Shown piece by piece: positions 60,379-64,000 of a stretch of 64,000 nt of DNA. Source of the stretch: Polyangiaceae bacterium (GTDB lineage Bacteria > Myxococcota_A > Polyangia > Polyangiales > Polyangiaceae). The translations under genes and the position numbers were made by a program. Each line of letters starts with the position of its first letter. Within the stretch, counting starts at the first letter, position 1. The notes beneath the pieces are model-generated. The model worked only from the letters and a program-made list of their open reading frames with translations, did not search any database and was not told where the DNA came from. The DNA lies in contig CBDCTZ010000016.1 in NCBI GenBank assembly GCA_965222375.1, positions 32,001-96,000 on the forward strand, written 5' to 3'.

Positions 60379-61777
60379 CGAAGGCGCTGCTGACCTTCGC
60401 GGCCCCGATCCTCACGCAGAGCGCCGCTTGGAATTGCTTGTGGCCTACGCGCGGGGCGCCTTCAAACTTCTTCCTGAGCTTATCGGAATTCCCTGGCTCC
60501 CCGTGCCCGCACTTCGTGCGTTGGTGCGTCGACGGCGCAGGGCACTGGTGACGCGGGCCTTCAGAGACGTTCCTTTCTATCGAGATGCCTTTGGCTCGGC
60601 TGGCTTCGCCGAGACCGATGTTGGCCGAGCCGAAAACTTCACCCAGCTCCCTCTCCTCACGAAGGAGCATCTACTGACAGCCGGCAGCTCCCTGTTCAGC
60701 TCCGGGGCGGCACCCCGTGATCAATTGCTGGCCCGGCGCTCCAGCGGGTCCACGGGCGCACCGACGGTCGGCTATTTCGACCCTTTGCGTGAGGCTCAAC
60801 GCCGAGCTCAAGAGCTGCGCATGCTCTCTAGCCATGGGGTGCGACCGCGACACGTTCAGCTGATATTGGACGCCCCGGCACATCTGCCACCGAAGCCTTT
60901 CATCCTGCAGCGCATGGGCCTGTGGCGCCGCATACCTTATCCAGTGGAGCTCTCGCCCGCCGCGGCCCTCGACGAGATCGAGCGCATGCAACCTGAAGTC
61001 ATTCACGGCGTCTTGGCAGGGCTGCGTATGCTGGCGCTCGCAGCCGAGGCCCGCGGCGGCCTCGAGCACCGACCGCATCGCATCTTCTCTCGGGGCGAAG
61101 TCTTGGATGCACAAACGCGCTGGTTCATCGAAAACGCCCTTGGCGCCCCTCTGGTCGACTTCTACGCAACCGAGGAAACGGGGATCGTGGCCTGGGAGTG
61201 TCCCCTGGGCGGCGGATACCACGTGGACTCGGACTTGGTTTTCGTCGAGGTGTTGCGGGAAGACGGCTCCACGGCGGCGCCCGGGGAGCTTGGTGAACTC
61301 GTGCTGACGAACTTGTTTCAACACACCATGCCAATCATCCGCTACCGCGTAGGCGATATGGGTGCGCTGAGCGCAACACGGTGCCCATGCGGGCGTGGCC
61401 TACCTCTGCTCACGGAGCTTCAAGGGCGACGCTTGGACTTCATCGTCACGCCCGGTGGCAAGCTGCACGACCCCTTTCGAGTCATGGCCATATTCGAGCA
61501 CGTCTCTGGCGTTCGCTGGTTTCGCGTTCAGCAACGGTCCGTCGAACTGCTTGTCGTACAGCTCGGTTTCGAAGCCGAACTGACCCCGGAAGAGCGCGAG
61601 CATGTTCGGAAGCAGCTGCGCCTGGGGTTTGAGCGCCTGTTTCGAGAACCCATCAAGCTCGACTTCGAGGACGCCGGCGAGTTCCAGGTCCCCATGGGTA
61701 CCAAGGCGCCGTTGGTGAAAGGCCTCGGCCTCAGCCTGGAGCAGCTCGCGGAAAAGGGCTACCGCTTCCGAATCTAG
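60365..61777 (+). CDS. Phenylacetate-CoA-ligase-like (CapK/PaaK) adenylate-forming enzyme
   Basis: VPFYR, LPLLTKE, SSGSTGAP, YATEE, MPIIRYRVGD, CPCGRGLP. Confidence 0.9.
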   Translation: MPSTDEGAADLRGPDPHAERRLELLVAYARGAFKLLPELIGIPWLPVPALRALVRRRRRALVTRAFRDVPFYRDAFGSAGFAETDVGRAENFTQLPLLTKEHLLTAGSSLFSSGAAPRDQLLARRSSGSTGAPTVGYFDPLREAQRRAQELRMLSSHGVRPRHVQLILDAPAHLPPKPFILQRMGLWRRIPYPVELSPAAALDEIERMQPEVIHGVLAGLRMLALAAEARGGLEHRPHRIFSRGEVLDAQTRWFIENALGAPLVDFYATEETGIVAWECPLGGGYHVDSDLVFVEVLREDGSTAAPGELGELVLTNLFQHTMPIIRYRVGDMGALSATRCPCGRGLPLLTELQGRRLDFIVTPGGKLHDPFRVMAIFEHVSGVRWFRVQQRSVELLVVQLGFEAELTPEEREHVRKQLRLGFERLFREPIKLDFEDAGEFQVPMGTKAPLVKGLGLSLEQLAEKGYRFRI

Positions 61778-61786
61778 CCGCGGACA

Positions 61787-62509
61787 TCAGCGGCGGTAGG
61801 CGACCACGATGAGAAAGCTACCGAGACTGGGCACCAACTTCGCCAACCAGCGAGACGCCCAGCGCACTTGTTCGGGTTCCCTGGGGTCGCGGCGAAAGAC
61901 CACCAGCGTGCTCGACAGCTCTTGGACGTCGAGGCCAGCCTCGGCAAGGGCCCGCTTCAACGTGCCGGGGGCGAAGGGGCGAATGTGGAGCTTCAAGTAC
62001 GGATGCAACGGTTGCACCTGCATTGGCGCGCGCCCGAGCAATAGCCGGAAGCGGTCCGGTAGGTGGGCCAGGTTCGGCGTGGTCAGCACCAGCTTGCCGC
62101 CGGGCTTCAACACGCGCCGCACCTCCGCCAAGAACGCACGAGTGTCGAATAAGTGCTCGATGATCTCGCCAGCGAAAACGACATCGAAATTACCAGCCTG
62201 TACCGGGATTTCTGAACTCACATCCCCCTTGAGGGGCGTGATGCCCCGCTCTGCGGCCTCAGCCAGTGCTTGCTCCGAAACGTCCATACCGGTGACTCGA
62301 TAGCCGAGTCGCGACAGTCGCTCACCCACTCGGCCATCTCCACAACCCAGATCGAGTAGGCGCGGCTGCCCCATTGGGTCCGCGAGGAGCTTTTCGACAA
62401 CCTGCAACCGCAGCACGTTGTCGGCATCACGCGCGAGGAAGTCGAAAGCGTTTCGTCTTCCGAACCACTCGGCGTTGTCGCCGGCGGTGTCTGGGCGCTG
62501 GGAGGTCAT
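61787..62509 (-). CDS. Class I SAM-dependent methyltransferase
   Basis: LLDLGCGDG, FDVVFAGEIIEHL, RVLKPGG..TTPN. Confidence 0.92.
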   Translation of the reverse strand: MTSQRPDTAGDNAEWFGRRNAFDFLARDADNVLRLQVVEKLLADPMGQPRLLDLGCGDGRVGERLSRLGYRVTGMDVSEQALAEAAERGITPLKGDVSSEIPVQAGNFDVVFAGEIIEHLFDTRAFLAEVRRVLKPGGKLVLTTPNLAHLPDRFRLLLGRAPMQVQPLHPYLKLHIRPFAPGTLKRALAEAGLDVQELSSTLVVFRRDPREPEQVRWASRWLAKLVPSLGSFLIVVAYRR

Positions 62510-62519
62510 GACCAGTGCG

Positions 62520-63581
62520 TCAGAAGTAGAAGTCGTCTTTCGTATTCGCCAAGATCTTGCACTGGGAAGCACACTCATACACATGGTCCCTGGCGCGGCC
62601 CGCAGCAGCGCCAGTCCACATTTTGTGCAAATCCTGGCGCAGAATGTGGCCGAAGCTCTCCCACGTGTTCGGGCACATCTTGACCTGACCCTGTTCGGTT
62701 ACGAGTAGCGTCTTCAATTCGCTCTCGCAGCTCTCCAGCTTTCCAAAGGCAACCGGATCGCGGAAGTAGGCGCGCCACTGACGAAAATCGTTGTCGCTGT
62801 TCTGGATCGGATAGCCAGCCGCTTTGCGGCCCTCCAGCTCCGCCACGAACTCCATGGCTGCGTCGGGAACTGGGAACAGCGGGCTCTTCTCGAACCAACG
62901 GTCACCCTGGGGGCGTTCGCCCATGAAGAAGTCCGTGCTGGCGACGGGCTGGAAGCTGTGGCCCTCGATACCTTCATTCTTCACCCAATCCGACAGCTGC
63001 AGCAACCCGTCGAGGTTGTCTCGCATGATGATGCTGTTGACCCATACGCGCGGGTGCTCCAGCCCGAGCCGCTCCCGCGCCTCCCGGATGTGCTCGATGG
63101 CCTTCTTGGCAAGAACCCATGCGCCTTTCTTGCCGCGACTCGCATCGTGATAGGCCGCGTCCGCACTGTCGATGGACACGGCCATGAACGACAGCCCGGA
63201 GCGCACGACCCGTTCTGCCCGCTGTCGAGTGGCGATCAGCGTTCCGTTGGTGGTGACGCTCGTGGTCACGTCCAAGTCGCGCGCGGTCGCCACGACGTCC
63301 AGCAGGTCACGATGCAAGAACGGCTCACCGGCGATAAAGGAGAGGCTGAACGGCGCGCCGACAAAGCTGCGCAGCCGCCGCAGCGCTTCGCGTTTCTCGC
63401 TGAGTGAAAGCGAGGGCTCTAAGCGGTAGCTCTTGGTGCGTCGACCGATATCGCAGTGGTTGCAGGACAGGTTGCAGATCTGCTCCCACCACCAAAAGAT
63501 GCGCTCGGGCTTGGGGTGCACAGTGGTCGCAGGCGACGATCCGCCGCGGCGCAACAAGCGGTCCACAAGCACCAAAGACAT
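62520..63581 (-). CDS. Radical SAM protein with SPASM/Twitch-like C-terminus
   Basis: CNLSCNHC, GEPF, TTNG; C..GQVKMC..FGHI..CASQC. Confidence 0.9.
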   Translation of the reverse strand: MSLVLVDRLLRRGGSSPATTVHPKPERIFWWWEQICNLSCNHCDIGRRTKSYRLEPSLSLSEKREALRRLRSFVGAPFSLSFIAGEPFLHRDLLDVVATARDLDVTTSVTTNGTLIATRQRAERVVRSGLSFMAVSIDSADAAYHDASRGKKGAWVLAKKAIEHIREARERLGLEHPRVWVNSIIMRDNLDGLLQLSDWVKNEGIEGHSFQPVASTDFFMGERPQGDRWFEKSPLFPVPDAAMEFVAELEGRKAAGYPIQNSDNDFRQWRAYFRDPVAFGKLESCESELKTLLVTEQGQVKMCPNTWESFGHILRQDLHKMWTGAAAGRARDHVYECASQCKILANTKDDFYF

Positions 63582-63649
63582 GGAAAAACGGTACGAGGGG
63601 GTGGGGGCTCGGTCAAGCGCCGAGCCGCTTTGCGAATACCCGCAGTGAG

Positions 63650-64000
63650 CTAGAGGCGGATGCCGCGTTGTGCGAGGAAGTCGAGATAACCCGACATGCT
63701 GACGGCAATTCGCTCCTCGGAGAGCCCAAACTGACGCAAGGAGTAACGATGGGCTCCGCGGCTGTGATGCGTCGCGCGCGACAATTGTCTAGCGATACCG
63801 CGCCGCCCGGTGTCATCGAGTTCGTACCCGAAGCGATCGTAGATGCCTTCGACGACACGTATGGGGCTGTCGACCAGGTCGGAATACGCGACGTCCCAGC
63901 AGCGCTGATCTGAAATGCATCGTCGACGCGCGAGCCCACTCGCGACGAGCTCGGTCAGGGACTGCAGCACCGCACTGCCGAGCGGCGCAGGGTCGACACC
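63650..64000 (-). CDS. Sulfotransferase-family protein, C-terminal part (start beyond window)
   Basis: DVAYSDLVDSPIRVVEGIYDRFG..HRYSLRQFGL. Confidence 0.75.
   Translation of the reverse strand, partial: GVDPAPLGSAVLQSLTELVASGLARRRCISDQRCWDVAYSDLVDSPIRVVEGIYDRFGYELDDTGRRGIARQLSRATHHSRGAHRYSLRQFGLSEERIAVSMSGYLDFLAQRGIRL

Noticed and set aside
42303..63581. RiPP cluster
   Set aside because: No plausible precursor ORF or RRE domain seen; intergenic gaps are very short

Overview
GC-rich bacterial chromosomal segment, most likely Myxococcota/Polyangiales-like (inferred from the Gly-rich and Cys-rich lipoproteins and a PEGA-domain Ser/Thr kinase). Four zones. (1) 1-22.1 kb housekeeping-type genes: dapF, aroKB, zapA, bioF, ccmA-like, MoxR/DUF58/transglutaminase, rpe, tyrA and a catalytically degenerate DAHP-synthase homologue, plus a parS-like site, a DnaA box and tandem copies of the bioF 3' end. 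(2) A ~13.5 kb island bounded by an 89-bp direct repeat of the kinase gene 3' end (22040-22128 / 35558-35646). It carries an intact ECF sigma / zinc anti-sigma / NHL lipoprotein / exported caspase-like module with a duplicated promoter motif, many gene fragments and two integrase-tail-like remnants. (3) 35.7-42 kb transporters, an orphan DNA methyltransferase and a DUF4160/DUF2442-HTH toxin-antitoxin-like pair whose toxin has an in-frame TAG. (4) 42.3 kb to the window end, an unusual tailoring cluster: B12-radical SAM, two P450s with an atypical I-helix, a carbamoyltransferase-SGNH-SxtJ-SxtK-like fusion, a disrupted flippase, a GMC oxidoreductase, two large paralogous membrane proteins, a BpsA-like protein, a CoA ligase, a methyltransferase, a radical SAM and a sulfotransferase. 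All calls come from motif reading by eye; no searches were run.
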